The notes beneath the pieces were generated by a model. It ran no database searches. It saw only the letters and a program-made list of their open reading frames with translations, and was not told the DNA's origin. Shown in pieces: positions 1-9,383 of a DNA stretch of 38,485 bases (positions are counted from its first letter, which is position 1; each line of letters starts with the position of its first letter). The position numbers were made by a program, and so were the translations under genes. The stretch comes from Acidimicrobiia bacterium (lineage in GTDB: Bacteria > Actinomycetota > Acidimicrobiia > Spongiisociales > SHLN01): NCBI GenBank assembly GCA_041619515.1, contig JBFKDW010000020.1, positions 1 to 38,485 on the forward strand, in the 5' to 3' direction.

Positions 1-207
1 GGCGCGTTTGCGCTTTCCCTCCTGGGCGGCCTGTGGTTCTTGCGCTCGGGCGGTCTCGCCCGGCGGGTATGCCTGGGGGCGATCGTCGTCGGCCTCGCGG
101 GCGGCGTCGTGTGGTTTTGGATGCTGATCCCGCCGCTGGTCGCCCTGGCGGTGTTCTGGTTCGGTGTCGTGAGAGGCGGCCTCACACGCGAGCTCGCCGC
201 CACCTGA
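1..207 (+). CDS. Membrane protein, 3' part only (truncated by window edge)
   Basis: Frame 1 is open from base 1 to TGA at 205-207 and reads GAFALSLLGGLWFLR...VVWFWMLIPPLVALAVFWFGVVRGGLTRELAAT, which is strongly hydrophobic. Confidence 0.7.
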   Translation, partial: GAFALSLLGGLWFLRSGGLARRVCLGAIVVGLAGGVVWFWMLIPPLVALAVFWFGVVRGGLTRELAAT

Positions 208-303
208 GCCCATGTGACGACACGCGGGCGCAGCCGGGACGGTCCACGGACCGGGCCCGAGGGCCCTGGATTCGATACCAGCCGGGCTCGTGACGCACCA
301 ACG

Positions 304-333
304 AGTTCGAGGCCCCGGATGGGGCCTCGAACT
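304..333. terminator. Intrinsic terminator-like hairpin between convergent genes
   Basis: Perfect 13-bp inverted repeat AGTTCGAGGCCCC-ggat-GGGGCCTCGAACT, 16 nt past the stop of 350..1063; no U-tract. Confidence 0.65.
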
Positions 334-349
334 GTCGGGGTTCGGTTGG

Positions 350-1063
350 TTACTTGATCAGGGAGTCTTCGTCGATCCGCTCTTCCTTCGGAACGGTGAT
401 GGCTGCAAAGCCGAACTCATCCTCCTTGGCCCGGCTCGCCCAGATCAGGCCGAGGCCTGCCAGCAGGGCAAAAGCGCCGACACCGGCGGTCACGCCTGCG
501 AGCCCGAGGCCCATCTGCAGCGTCGAGTGGGTGACGGTGCCGACACCCAGCTCGGCGATGAGGCCATGGGCGGTTCCGCTCCACGCCATCCCGCGGGCTG
601 GGCCCTCGAGAGGATGTCGCCGGTCGAAGTCCGTCCAGTACTTGCCGTCCACCTCGACTTCGTAGGTGCCGGCCGGGAACACCTCGCCGTTGTATTCGAC
701 TTCTTCGTCGAGCACAACCGTCTGGGTGCCATGCAAGGTGTGATAGGTGATGGTGGCCATCTGGTACATGTACTCGGTGGCCGTGTTCACCAGCGGGTCG
801 TTGGGGTCGAGATCTGACTCGACGATCGGATAGTCCCACGCATCGGTCAGCAGCAACTTGATGGCGTCCGCACCCTCGGTGGTTCCGCGATCGACGAGCT
901 GGCCGTCTTCGTTGTAGTTGAGCGTTACGTTCTGGGACGCACTGAAGGCCTGCAAAGAGTCATAGCCCTGTTGCACCTTGCCGTAGGCGACTCCGCCTGC
1001 GACTACGAACAGCATGCCGACCACTACAAGCACAATGCCGAGTGTTCTGAGCCTGGTAAGCAT
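350..1063 (-). CDS. Uncharacterised membrane protein (N- and C-terminal TM helices around an extracytoplasmic domain)
   Basis: ORF 350..1129; ATG at 1063 follows an AGGAGAGG RBS; hydrophobic segments LGIVLVVVGMLFVVAGGVAY and MGLGLAGVTAGVGAFALLAGLGLIW. Confidence 0.8.
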   Translation of the reverse strand: MLTRLRTLGIVLVVVGMLFVVAGGVAYGKVQQGYDSLQAFSASQNVTLNYNEDGQLVDRGTTEGADAIKLLLTDAWDYPIVESDLDPNDPLVNTATEYMYQMATITYHTLHGTQTVVLDEEVEYNGEVFPAGTYEVEVDGKYWTDFDRRHPLEGPARGMAWSGTAHGLIAELGVGTVTHSTLQMGLGLAGVTAGVGAFALLAGLGLIWASRAKEDEFGFAAITVPKEERIDEDSLIK

Positions 1064-1083
1064 CGTTTCCTCTCCTAGCTGGA

Positions 1084-1131
1084 TTGTGATTCTATTCACA
1101 AACTTCTTGTTGCTTGTGAATATTTTCACGT
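1084..1131. promoter_or_regulatory. Two tandem Rex-type (or CRP-type) operator palindromes
   Basis: TTGTGATTCTATTCACAA (1084-1101) and TTGTGAATATTTTCACGT (1114-1131) versus Rex consensus TTGTGAANNNNTTCACAA, in an AT-rich patch. Confidence 0.7.
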
Positions 1132-1173
1132 ATTGGGTACTGCGATCTTTTCGTATATCGACGATGCTCGATA

Positions 1174-1209
1174 GGGCCTTTAGTCACTCGTGGTATGACC
1201 ACTTGTCCC
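1174..1209. promoter_or_regulatory. Possible tandem DosR/DevR-like boxes
   Basis: GGGCCTTTAGTCAC (1174-1187) and weaker TGACCACTTGTCCC (1196-1209), 22 bp apart, resemble the GGGACTWWAGTCCC core. Confidence 0.4.
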
Positions 1210-1248
1210 ACCGCGCAGGCGGCCCGAGCCCGCCCGGCGAGGAAGGGC

Positions 1249-1635
1249 TCAAACGGGCCCCGGCAGGCTTGCCCGTTGTTCCCCGGAATGATCCGCCAGG
1301 CGGATCGGCTCGAGCGCCATGTCCTCGATGGCCTCGGCGAATGCTCGCAACACCGACCGGCGCACGCAGTACCACGAACGGGGCCCATCTCGGCGGGTGA
1401 AGAGGACGTCGGCCTCACGCAGAATCCGCAGGTGCTCGGAGACGGTCGACTGGGCGAGATCGCTTTTCTCGGCAATGTCGCCTGCGATGTGGGGCACGCA
1501 CGCTTCGAACTGCTGGAGGATCTTGATCCGGGCAGGGTGTGCGAGGGCCTTGCTGACCTGAGCCAGGAGTTCGGCGGTCAGCGGCGGAGGGTCGTCGAGG
1601 CCGGCCTCGCTGCAGGCAGGGGGTTCAGCGTCCAT
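1249..1635 (-). CDS. ArsR/SmtB family transcriptional regulator
   Basis: KALAHPARIKIL...LAQSTVSEHLRILREADVL...GPRSWYC winged-HTH signature. Confidence 0.9.
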   Translation of the reverse strand: MDAEPPACSEAGLDDPPPLTAELLAQVSKALAHPARIKILQQFEACVPHIAGDIAEKSDLAQSTVSEHLRILREADVLFTRRDGPRSWYCVRRSVLRAFAEAIEDMALEPIRLADHSGEQRASLPGPV

Positions 1636-1721
1636 GGCAATCCCATCGCTCGTGGCTTCGATGCCTCAGGGATCGCAGGTGTCGGGGACCGGCGCTAGAG
1701 CCCTTGGTCACACAAACCGGC

Positions 1722-2168
1722 TCAGCTGCTGGCGGCCTTCGGGACGTCGTCCTCACCGACCAGGCGAAGCTCCCCGTAGCCAACCGGTTCGGGCGTGTGG
1801 GGCAGGCGGGCGGCCGGGGGGCGATGATGGATGGAGTTCAACGCCGCCAGGTAGGCAACGAACATTCCGTCGAACGCCAGGCTGAGCAAGAGCAGCGGGA
1901 TCGAGCCACCGATGATGGCGGCCACCAGCGTCACGAAGGCGGCGCCGATCAGGCCGACCATGACCCTGCGGCGCCGGGCATGGAGCCGCTGGCGCTTGAG
2001 CTCGACGGGATCGATCAAATCGGACCGAAGCGACGCAAGTTTGGCGAGCCTCCGGTCGAAGGACTTGGTGGACGTGAGGGGAGCATCGTGGCGTGCGTCG
2101 AGGAACGACGGGAGTAACAGCGCAGCCCACAACCCTCCGAGTACCACCAAGACGACCAGTAGTTCCAA
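1722..2168 (-). CDS. Membrane protein, SepX/GlpR-like by position and pattern
   Basis: N-terminal TM ending LWAALLLP, a basic ARRRRV stretch, then two TMs; lies downstream of mog as in other actinobacteria; TTG start at 2168 is tentative. Confidence 0.6.
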   Translation of the reverse strand: MELLVVLVVLGGLWAALLLPSFLDARHDAPLTSTKSFDRRLAKLASLRSDLIDPVELKRQRLHARRRRVMVGLIGAAFVTLVAAIIGGSIPLLLLSLAFDGMFVAYLAALNSIHHRPPAARLPHTPEPVGYGELRLVGEDDVPKAASS

Positions 2169-2268
2169 GCCCGTTCCCTTTACTCCAACGCACACCTCAC
2201 ATTAGTCCGCGAAAACCGCCGCCCACAACCAGCTCGGGCCCACGCATTGTCACGTTCGGTGGCGGCGA

Positions 2269-2736
2269 CTAATGCGGAGTGTCAGCATCCTTGATGAGGG
2301 AAACCGCGTGGACCAGGGCGGGACGGATCACATCGAGAGACTCCTCGACGCCGGCCGTCGACCCCGGCAGGTTGATGATCAGCGTCGAGCCCGAAATCCC
2401 AGCCACCCCTCGCGACAGCATCGCATACGGGTGCTTCGAGGCGTTCCTGGCAGCCTCGAGCAGCCCGGGTGCGGGTCGCTCGATGAGCTCGGCCGTGGCC
2501 TCGGGGGTGACATCCCTCGGAGTAAAGCCGGTGCCCCCGGTGGTGATCACGAGGTCGATGCCGGCTCCGATCCAGTCGCGCAAGGCGGCTTGGATCTCAT
2601 CACGCTCGTCGGGCACCACCCGCCAATCGACGGCAAAGCCGAGGCCGGCCAGAGTGGCGATGGCAGTTGGTCCGGACACATCCTCGGACTCACCCCGGCT
2701 CACCCGGTCGCTGATTGTGAGGACACCGGCGCTCAT
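2269..2736 (-). CDS. mog: MogA/MoaB family molybdopterin adenylyltransferase
   Basis: [36 protein letters not shown] motifs; ATGA overlap with moaC stop. Confidence 0.92.
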   Translation of the reverse strand: MSAGVLTISDRVSRGESEDVSGPTAIATLAGLGFAVDWRVVPDERDEIQAALRDWIGAGIDLVITTGGTGFTPRDVTPEATAELIERPAPGLLEAARNASKHPYAMLSRGVAGISGSTLIINLPGSTAGVEESLDVIRPALVHAVSLIKDADTPH

Positions 2737-3200
2737 CTCACCCATGTGCCCGACCTCCCGCCGGACTTTTCCAACAGCCGGACTGCGCCAATCTCCACTC
2801 CTCGCTCGATGCTCTTCACCATGTCGTAGACCGCCAGCGCCGCCACCGAGGCGGCGGTCAGGGCTTCCATCTCGACGCCGGTGGGCCCGGTGGTCCCGAC
2901 CCGCGTGATGATATGTGCACCGGCGTCGATCTCGGTGATATCCACCGAGACGCTGGTGATGGCGAGCGGGTGACAGAGCGGGATCAGCTCGGCCGTCTTC
3001 TTCGCAGCTTGGATTCCGGCCACCCGTGCCACGGCGACGGCGTCCCCTTTGGGCAGTTCCCCGCCGAACAGGGCCGACCGGGTCGCCGGCTGCATGTGCA
3101 CAATCGCCTCCGCTACCGCCAATCGCTGGGTCGCCGGCTTGGAGCTCACATCGACCATGCGCGCCCGGCCTTCGACATCGAGATGGGGAAGGTGGTCCAT
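2733..3200 (-). CDS. moaC: Cyclic pyranopterin monophosphate synthase
   Basis: [40 protein letters not shown] motifs. Confidence 0.97.
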   Translation of the reverse strand: MDHLPHLDVEGRARMVDVSSKPATQRLAVAEAIVHMQPATRSALFGGELPKGDAVAVARVAGIQAAKKTAELIPLCHPLAITSVSVDITEIDAGAHIITRVGTTGPTGVEMEALTAASVAALAVYDMVKSIERGVEIGAVRLLEKSGGRSGTWVR

Positions 3201-3222
3201 CAGCCCTCCTGGACCGAGGAAG

Positions 3223-4044
3223 TCAGAGGCCCTCGGTGAACTCCGTTACGAAGGCACGATAGCGGGCACCGAAGTCCGGGTGGGCTGCGCCGAGAATCGT
3301 CGAAGCCTCCAGGTAGCCGCTCGGCGTTCCCGCATCGAGGAGGTCCTCGCCTGCGACATACCCGAGGCATGAGCCGGATTCGCCGACAACGTTGATGGCG
3401 TCTGTCAGCTGAAGCTCACCGCCGACACCCGGCTCGATGTGATCGAGGGCATCGAAGATCGCACCGGTGAACAAATACCGGCCGATGAGGCCGAGCTTCG
3501 AAGGGGCAGCCTCGACGCCGGGCTTCTCGATGGCGCCGTTGACCTCGACGACCCGCTCTCCGCGCCACTCACCCGGGACGATGAACCCGTATCGAGCAAG
3601 GTACTCGGTCCCCAGTTCACGCAGGCAGACCACCGATTGCCCCTCGGCAGCTTCGGCCATCGCCGGCAGGACGTCGCCGTTTGGATACACGAGATTGTCG
3701 ACCAGGAGCGTGAAGAAGTTCTGGTTGCCGACCGCAGCAGCTGCAGTCCTCACGGCATCACCCAGCCCTCGGGGAACGTCCTGCACGATGGGGTGGACCG
3801 TGACGTCCTCGAGGCCGGGGAGGGGCCCCTCCTCCTGGGAGTTGAAATGCCGCTCGATGAGAACGCCGACGCCGGGGTCGACGATGACGAAGATCTCCAG
3901 GGCGCCGGCGCGGGCCGCCTCCTCCACAACCCACTGGACCGCGGGCCGATCGACGACGGGCAACATCGCCTTCGGGAGGGCGCGAGTGGCCGGGCGCATC
4001 CGAGTCCCCCGGCCGGCTGCAGGAATGACGGCGATCTCAACCAC
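3223..4044 (-). CDS. galU: UTP--glucose-1-phosphate uridylyltransferase
   Basis: [52 protein letters not shown] start at 4044 inferred. Confidence 0.9.
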   Translation of the reverse strand: MVEIAVIPAAGRGTRMRPATRALPKAMLPVVDRPAVQWVVEEAARAGALEIFVIVDPGVGVLIERHFNSQEEGPLPGLEDVTVHPIVQDVPRGLGDAVRTAAAAVGNQNFFTLLVDNLVYPNGDVLPAMAEAAEGQSVVCLRELGTEYLARYGFIVPGEWRGERVVEVNGAIEKPGVEAAPSKLGLIGRYLFTGAIFDALDHIEPGVGGELQLTDAINVVGESGSCLGYVAGEDLLDAGTPSGYLEASTILGAAHPDFGARYRAFVTEFTEGL

Positions 4045-4152
4045 GTAGGTGCCCCTTTCGGCCCAATCTGTCCGGCAGCGGCCTGCGCTCGGCCACCACC
4101 GCCAGTGATCACAATACAACGACTAGGATTTCCCGCTCCACGAAGGGACAGC

Positions 4153-4932
4153 ATGATTGGCGTATTCGGCGGGTCGGGGTTCTACGACTTCCTCGACGGT
4201 GCTCAGCAAGTCGCAGTAGACACCCCGTATGGCGCTCCGTCGTCCGAGTTCTCGGTCGGAACCTTCCAGGGAATCGACGTTGCTTTCCTGCCCCGCCACG
4301 GAGCCGACCACCAATTCCCAGCCCATCGGGTCCCGTATCGGGCAAACGCATGGGCGATGAAGGAACTAGGAGTCGACCGCGTGATCGGCCCGTGCGCCGT
4401 CGGCAGCCTCCAGAGGCACGTCGCACCCGGCCACCTGGTTGTCTCCGACCAGCTCGTCGACCGGTCGTGGGGGCGCGACACCACCTTCTTCGACGGCCCG
4501 GAAACCCGCCACCTGTCGTTCGCCGACCCATACTGTTCTGAGCTGCGACCACTCGCCGTCCAGGCGTGCCGGGCTGCCGGCGCCGAGACCCATGACGGCG
4601 GCACCGTTGTTGTCATCCAGGGCCCGCGCTTTTCCACCAGGGCCGAAAGCTCGGATTTCGCCCGGGCGGGCTGGGAGATCATCAACATGACACAGGCGCC
4701 GGAGGCGCAGCTCATTCGGGAGCTCGAGCTCTGCTATGTCAACATCGCAGTGGTCACCGACTACGACACGGGTGTGGAAGGCGAGATCGAGCCCGTGACA
4801 CACGCCGCCGTCCTCGAGCGCTTCAACGACACCCTCGGCACGCTGCGCGACGCTCTTGCCAGGCTCATCCCCACGGCCGCCCAGACCGCACGCGCCTGCC
4901 AGTGCGCCACCGGGATGCAATCGGCCGGCTGA
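4153..4932 (+). CDS. mtnP: S-methyl-5'-thioadenosine phosphorylase
   Basis: IGVFGGSGFY, FLPRHG, VPYRAN, QGPRFSTRAES, INMT, VTDYD; ATG at 4153. Confidence 0.93.
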   Translation: MIGVFGGSGFYDFLDGAQQVAVDTPYGAPSSEFSVGTFQGIDVAFLPRHGADHQFPAHRVPYRANAWAMKELGVDRVIGPCAVGSLQRHVAPGHLVVSDQLVDRSWGRDTTFFDGPETRHLSFADPYCSELRPLAVQACRAAGAETHDGGTVVVIQGPRFSTRAESSDFARAGWEIINMTQAPEAQLIRELELCYVNIAVVTDYDTGVEGEIEPVTHAAVLERFNDTLGTLRDALARLIPTAAQTARACQCATGMQSAG

Positions 4933-4951
4933 CGTCCGGCGATCCGGCCAC

Positions 4952-5461
4952 TCACGGAGCCACGAGCACGACCAGCCGACGCTCGGCGGCCGCGGTGGCC
5001 ACTGCCGGGGCGTCCCCGGCCGGAACGGCAATCAACGCGGTTGGGCCGGAGACGTCGAATCGATCTGAATCGTCGAACGCGACAACCAATCCGGGGACCG
5101 TGTGGCCCTCACCGAGAACCAGGCGAACCTCTGCCCCGGGGGCCATCGCGATGGGAACCTCGACCGCGAGCGCCCACCAACCCTCCGGTACCCCGATGGG
5201 AAGGCGAAGGTCCGACGGTGTGATCGGCTCGCCCCGGCCCATCGGGTGGCTGGCCACGGCTCCGGTGATATCAGCCCGCTCGTAGATGCCGGCCGGAAGG
5301 ACTCGCCATTCCACACGAGGCGCCTCGCCGACCTCGACCGGGGCTGCCGTGAACGGGTAGACAGCCTGCGCAGTAGGCCAGAACTCCACGGCGGCAGCGC
5401 CGACGATGAGGGCTGCCGCCGCCAGCCATCGGAGGTAGGCCGGGCGCCCGAACCAGAACAT
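4952..5461 (-). CDS. SAF/CpaB-like domain membrane-anchored protein
   Basis: N-terminal TM; GAVASHPMGRGEPITPSDL and ALIAVP...VATAAA pattern; SAF genes are usual next to MTAP in this locus. Confidence 0.6.
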   Translation of the reverse strand: MFWFGRPAYLRWLAAAALIVGAAAVEFWPTAQAVYPFTAAPVEVGEAPRVEWRVLPAGIYERADITGAVASHPMGRGEPITPSDLRLPIGVPEGWWALAVEVPIAMAPGAEVRLVLGEGHTVPGLVVAFDDSDRFDVSGPTALIAVPAGDAPAVATAAAERRLVVLVAP

Positions 5462-5572
5462 CTCGCAGACCATATGGGAGACGGATGCCTGAGGGAAGGG
5501 GATCGTGGGTGGGCCACTGCCGGCCCCGCCTGCTCCATCGAATGCTCAGCGCCCCGCCCAGAGACCGGTATC

Positions 5573-6343
5573 GTGATCATCGTGCTCGATGCAGCCCTCT
5601 GGGGCCTCGTTCAGGGCCTCACGGAGTTTCTTCCGATCTCCTCAAGCGGCCATTTGGTGCTCATTCCGGAGTTTCTCAACAAGCAGCCGCCCGGTCTCGC
5701 CACCACTGCGGTGCTCCACCTGGGAACACTGGCCGCGGTCGTGTGGTATTTCCGCAAGGACGTGGCCTGGCTGGCGCGCCCCGACCGGGACCCGAGGGCA
5801 CTGCACATAGTCAAGCTCCTGGCGCTGGGGACGGTGCCGGCCGTCGTCGCCGGCGTGCTCCTCGAAACGACCCTGAATGATTTGTTCGACAACCCCACGC
5901 GGGTCGGGCTGGCACTGTTGTTCACCGGCGTGATCCTCACCGCCAGCGGCTATTTCCAGCGCCTGACCCGAACGCTGGAGGATGCCGGCGTGCCCGATGC
6001 GCTGGTCGTCGGCGCGGCACAGGCGGTGGCCCTCGTCCCGGGCGTATCCCGGTCGGGAATGACCATCACGGCCTCGCTGGCACGTCAATTCACCAAAGAG
6101 GAATCAGCCCGTTTCTCATTCCTGCTGGCCATACCGGTCATCCTCGGGGGCGGAGCCAAGCAGATGCTCGACCTGGCCGGGGAGGGCGGGCTGGAATGGA
6201 GCCTGCTGTTGGGAGTGGTCGTGGCAGCCGTGTCGGGCTACGTCGCGATCGCCGTGCTGATCACCGCCCTCACGCGATACGGGTTGCGGCCCTTCGCCCT
6301 GTACTGCTTTGTGGTCGGCCTGATCGCAATGATCTGGTACTGA
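5573..6343 (+). CDS. uppP: Undecaprenyl-diphosphate phosphatase
   Basis: GLVQGLTEFLPISSSGHL and ALVPGVSRSGMT motifs; start GTG at 5573 or 5582. Confidence 0.95.
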   Translation: MIIVLDAALWGLVQGLTEFLPISSSGHLVLIPEFLNKQPPGLATTAVLHLGTLAAVVWYFRKDVAWLARPDRDPRALHIVKLLALGTVPAVVAGVLLETTLNDLFDNPTRVGLALLFTGVILTASGYFQRLTRTLEDAGVPDALVVGAAQAVALVPGVSRSGMTITASLARQFTKEESARFSFLLAIPVILGGGAKQMLDLAGEGGLEWSLLLGVVVAAVSGYVAIAVLITALTRYGLRPFALYCFVVGLIAMIWY

Positions 6344-6396
6344 GAAGATCCGGAGGGATTCGGCCCCCGGCCTGCGAGAGCTCTCCAGTCGGTCAT

Positions 6397-7611
6397 TCAG
6401 AAGACCTCGGGACACCAGGGCCGGAGGTCCCACCCGAACATGAGGTCGGCGGTTCGCAGAGCGTCGGCCTCGCCTGCGACCAGGCCGGCCCTGGCGAGCT
6501 CTGAGAAGGTCGTCCCGCCGAGGTACACAGACCCCAGCTCGCGCACATCGAGCCTCAGGTCGGGTACCTCCGAGACGCGCTCACACGAGGCGTCGACCGG
6601 ACTCCCATCCAGCGCGAACGTCCCGGCCGCGCTGCCACGGAACCGGTCGGCAATCTCGAGGACGAGACGGGCGGCTAACCGGTACTTGCGGGCCGCCAGC
6701 GCTCTCGGCACGTCGAGGGGACGGACCCACATTCCATCGACGAGGGTCTGCTGAACCCGGCGCATGTCGGCGACGACGGCGGGCAGGACCGAGTTGGGGT
6801 CCGTGTTCCAGCATTCGATGTCGCGCACCAGGTCTATGCCCGCCAGGTAACGCCATAGCCCTTCCTCAGCGGCCGGCGTCGCCGCGATCATGCTGTTGCA
6901 CACCACTTTGTTGGCAGCCACGCCCCCTTCCCAGTTTTCGTGCTGGCGGTAGGTCGCGTAGCCGCTCGGCTCACCGTTTTCCTCGTAGACCACCCATCGC
7001 TGAGGAGTGCCACCGTGCCTCAAATCGGGCGGATCGTAGAAATGGGCCTCTTGCCACCGCGCAGGGCTTCGGGTGAGAAACCCGGGCCGCTGGGTGCGGA
7101 CGCCCTCGTAGATTGCCGGCACGGTCTTCTGTGCCTCGGTCCCGTCGAGGATGCGGACGGTGCCGGACCCGAGCGGATGGCGAGGAAAGCTGATCCGGGC
7201 CTTGTCCACTTTGGTCCGGTGGGACCGGGTGGCGACCCCGTAGCCGAACCGGCCGTAGATGGGTGCCTCCGACGCCCACAGCGCCGCCACCGGCTCGCCA
7301 GATCCCTCCACCTCATCCAGGTGGAAGCGCATCATCTCGGTCAGCAAGCCCCGCCGCCGATGGGTAGGAAGCACGGCGATGATCGTGGTCCCTCCGCAGG
7401 CGACCAGGCCTCCTGGCACGGTGAGGTCGAAGGAAAACGCCCCGCCCGTTCCAACTACTCGGTCACCGTCGAAGGCCCCGAACACCCGGTCGAGCTCGAA
7501 CTGGTTCAAGAAATGCTGGCGGTCCTCAGGCTTGACTTCAAAGCCGAAGGCATGGCCCATGACGGCGAGCACTCCATCGACATCCTGCTCCTGGACCGTG
7601 CGAACTTCCAC
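6397..7611 (-). CDS. eis: Eis-family GNAT acetyltransferase (two GNAT domains plus SCP2-like domain)
   Basis: VLPTHRRRGLL, LWASEAPIYGRFGYG, LDVPRALAARKY, LGSVYLGG and C-terminal PWCPEVF. Confidence 0.9.
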   Translation of the reverse strand: MEVRTVQEQDVDGVLAVMGHAFGFEVKPEDRQHFLNQFELDRVFGAFDGDRVVGTGGAFSFDLTVPGGLVACGGTTIIAVLPTHRRRGLLTEMMRFHLDEVEGSGEPVAALWASEAPIYGRFGYGVATRSHRTKVDKARISFPRHPLGSGTVRILDGTEAQKTVPAIYEGVRTQRPGFLTRSPARWQEAHFYDPPDLRHGGTPQRWVVYEENGEPSGYATYRQHENWEGGVAANKVVCNSMIAATPAAEEGLWRYLAGIDLVRDIECWNTDPNSVLPAVVADMRRVQQTLVDGMWVRPLDVPRALAARKYRLAARLVLEIADRFRGSAAGTFALDGSPVDASCERVSEVPDLRLDVRELGSVYLGGTTFSELARAGLVAGEADALRTADLMFGWDLRPWCPEVF

Positions 7612-7646
7612 GGCAGGCAGACTACTCGGGCACTACATTCCATCAG

Positions 7647-8075
7647 ATGACGCGACCCCTGCATATGCGGCACAACTTTCCCGCCATCGAGGCGCTGGAG
7701 GCAGGCGACATCGACCCGGCCAAGCTGGCCTCGATGGCACCCGGCGTCGATCCCGAGCGCCTCCTCATTCGTGAGGCGCGGCCGTGGTTCGAAAAACTCA
7801 CCCTGCGCCGCTCCGCAGCCATTGCGCTCCCCTACGTGGTCTACGTCCACTCGCACACCTACAACCAGGCGCGAGCCGAGCTGACCGGGCTGGTGGTACA
7901 TGAGCTGGTCCACGTCAGCCAGTGGCGGCAGGAGGGCTATGTCCGTTTCGCCACCCGGTATGTGTGGGACTATCTGCGGGGACGTATGCGAGGCCGCCCG
8001 CACGCCGAGGCGTACCGTGCCATTCGGTACGAGGTCGAGGCACGTCGATGCACGGCACAGCTGCTTTCGAGGTAG
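7647..8075 (+). CDS. Small HExxH zincin-like protein (DUF4157-like)
   Basis: AIALPYVVYV...LVVHELVHVSQW...AYRAIRYEVEAR. Confidence 0.75.
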   Translation: MTRPLHMRHNFPAIEALEAGDIDPAKLASMAPGVDPERLLIREARPWFEKLTLRRSAAIALPYVVYVHSHTYNQARAELTGLVVHELVHVSQWRQEGYVRFATRYVWDYLRGRMRGRPHAEAYRAIRYEVEARRCTAQLLSR

Positions 8076-8101
8076 GGACCGGCGCCTGCCATCCTGATCG
8101 A

Positions 8102-9325
8102 ATGAAAGCTGCCCTGTTCGCGATTGCGGTCGTCCTGGCCGCCTGCACGGGTGGGAGTGGAGAATCTGAGGCTCGGCGACCGGCGCGGATTGCCGTCCTC
8201 GGCACGGACGGCAACGTTTCCACCGTCGATCCCGCCACCGGTGAGATCACGGCCATAACCACCGACGCCGGGCCCGGACGGCTCTACTCGCAACCAACCT
8301 GGTCACCGGACGGCAGTCGGCTGGCCTTCGTCGCCTCGAGCGCGGCCGTGTCGGCTCCCGCCCAGGAGGCACACGGCGGTGCCGCCCGGGTGGCATTGGA
8401 GGCCCAGCAGGAACTGGCGGGCGCCGTGCACTTCGTGGCAGCGTCCGGTGGAGATCCGACCGTCGTCGCGACGCCGTTTCCGCCCTTCTACCTGTACTGG
8501 TCCCCCGACGGCTCCCGGCTGGCCTTTCTCGGCAACGACCCCTCGCTCCTCCGCATCGGGCTCGGGATGATCGATACGGTGGATGGCTCCGTCGAGCAGG
8601 TCGACAGCGGGCAACCGTACTATCTGGCCTGGTCACCGGCATCGGATCGCCTGCTCGTGCACGCCGCCGGTCGGGAGCTCTACTTCCTCGGGCTCGACGG
8701 GAGCAAAGAGCTCGCCGGGCCGACACCGGGACGGTTCTCTGCACCGAACTGGGCCGGCGACACCCAGCTCTTCCCGGTCGCCGAGGACGGCAAGCAGATC
8801 TTGCGGCTCCACGACCCGGACGGCACCGGTCGGCGCGACCTCGTCGACTACACCACCGTGATCGTGATGGAGCTGAACCCGGACGAGGAGCGGGTGGCAT
8901 ACATCGAGGTGGGGCCCGGAGCCAACCCGTTTGCGCTCGGATCGCTCACCGTCGACACGCCCGGCGGCGTCACCGAGGTGGCAGAGCTCGCCGCCGCCTT
9001 CTTCTGGAGCAGTGACGGCTCCAGGCTCCTCTACCTCACACCCGACATCTCCGAGGATGAGTTCGCGCTCCGCTGGAACGTGTGGGACGGCTCGAGTTCA
9101 CTCCCCTTCGAGCGGTTCCTCCCCACGACGACATTCGTACAGCAGTACCTCCCATTCTTCGGCCAGTACGCCAACAGCCTCTCCTTCTTCTCTCCCGACG
9201 GCGGCTCTTTCACGTTTGCCGGCACCATTGATGGGCGGGGTGAAGGCATCTGGGTACAGGAGGTGGCCGACGGCGTCCCGGCGGCGCTCGTCGCCCCCGG
9301 CGAGTTCTCAACCTGGGCGCCGTAG
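8102..9325 (+). CDS. TolB-like/PD40 beta-propeller lipoprotein
   Basis: Lipobox MKAALFAIAVVLAA-C; repeated WSPDGSRLAF-type blades. Confidence 0.85.
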   Translation: MKAALFAIAVVLAACTGGSGESEARRPARIAVLGTDGNVSTVDPATGEITAITTDAGPGRLYSQPTWSPDGSRLAFVASSAAVSAPAQEAHGGAARVALEAQQELAGAVHFVAASGGDPTVVATPFPPFYLYWSPDGSRLAFLGNDPSLLRIGLGMIDTVDGSVEQVDSGQPYYLAWSPASDRLLVHAAGRELYFLGLDGSKELAGPTPGRFSAPNWAGDTQLFPVAEDGKQILRLHDPDGTGRRDLVDYTTVIVMELNPDEERVAYIEVGPGANPFALGSLTVDTPGGVTEVAELAAAFFWSSDGSRLLYLTPDISEDEFALRWNVWDGSSSLPFERFLPTTTFVQQYLPFFGQYANSLSFFSPDGGSFTFAGTIDGRGEGIWVQEVADGVPAALVAPGEFSTWAP

Positions 9326-9383
9326 TGGGCTCCCATTGGGGGCCGGCGGCTGCGCTACCCGGCGGGGCGGGTAATTTAGGGCA

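Noticed and set aside
1064..1129. N-terminal extension of ORF 350..1129
   Set aside because: It runs through the operator palindromes; a strong RBS supports ATG at 1063.
3439..4152. Apparent 497-aa fusion upstream of MTAP
   Set aside because: The extension is the antisense shadow of galU; MTAP homology starts at 4153.
3201..4152. Moco riboswitch upstream of moaC or galU
   Set aside because: Only 22 bp separates galU and moaC, and no recognisable motif lies upstream of galU.
7647..9325. eCIS / contractile injection system locus
   Set aside because: No sheath, tube, baseplate or VgrG genes in the window.
9326..9346. GGCTCCCA/GGGGGCC hairpin as a terminator
   Set aside because: Short, imperfect, no U-tract and expected by chance at this GC content.
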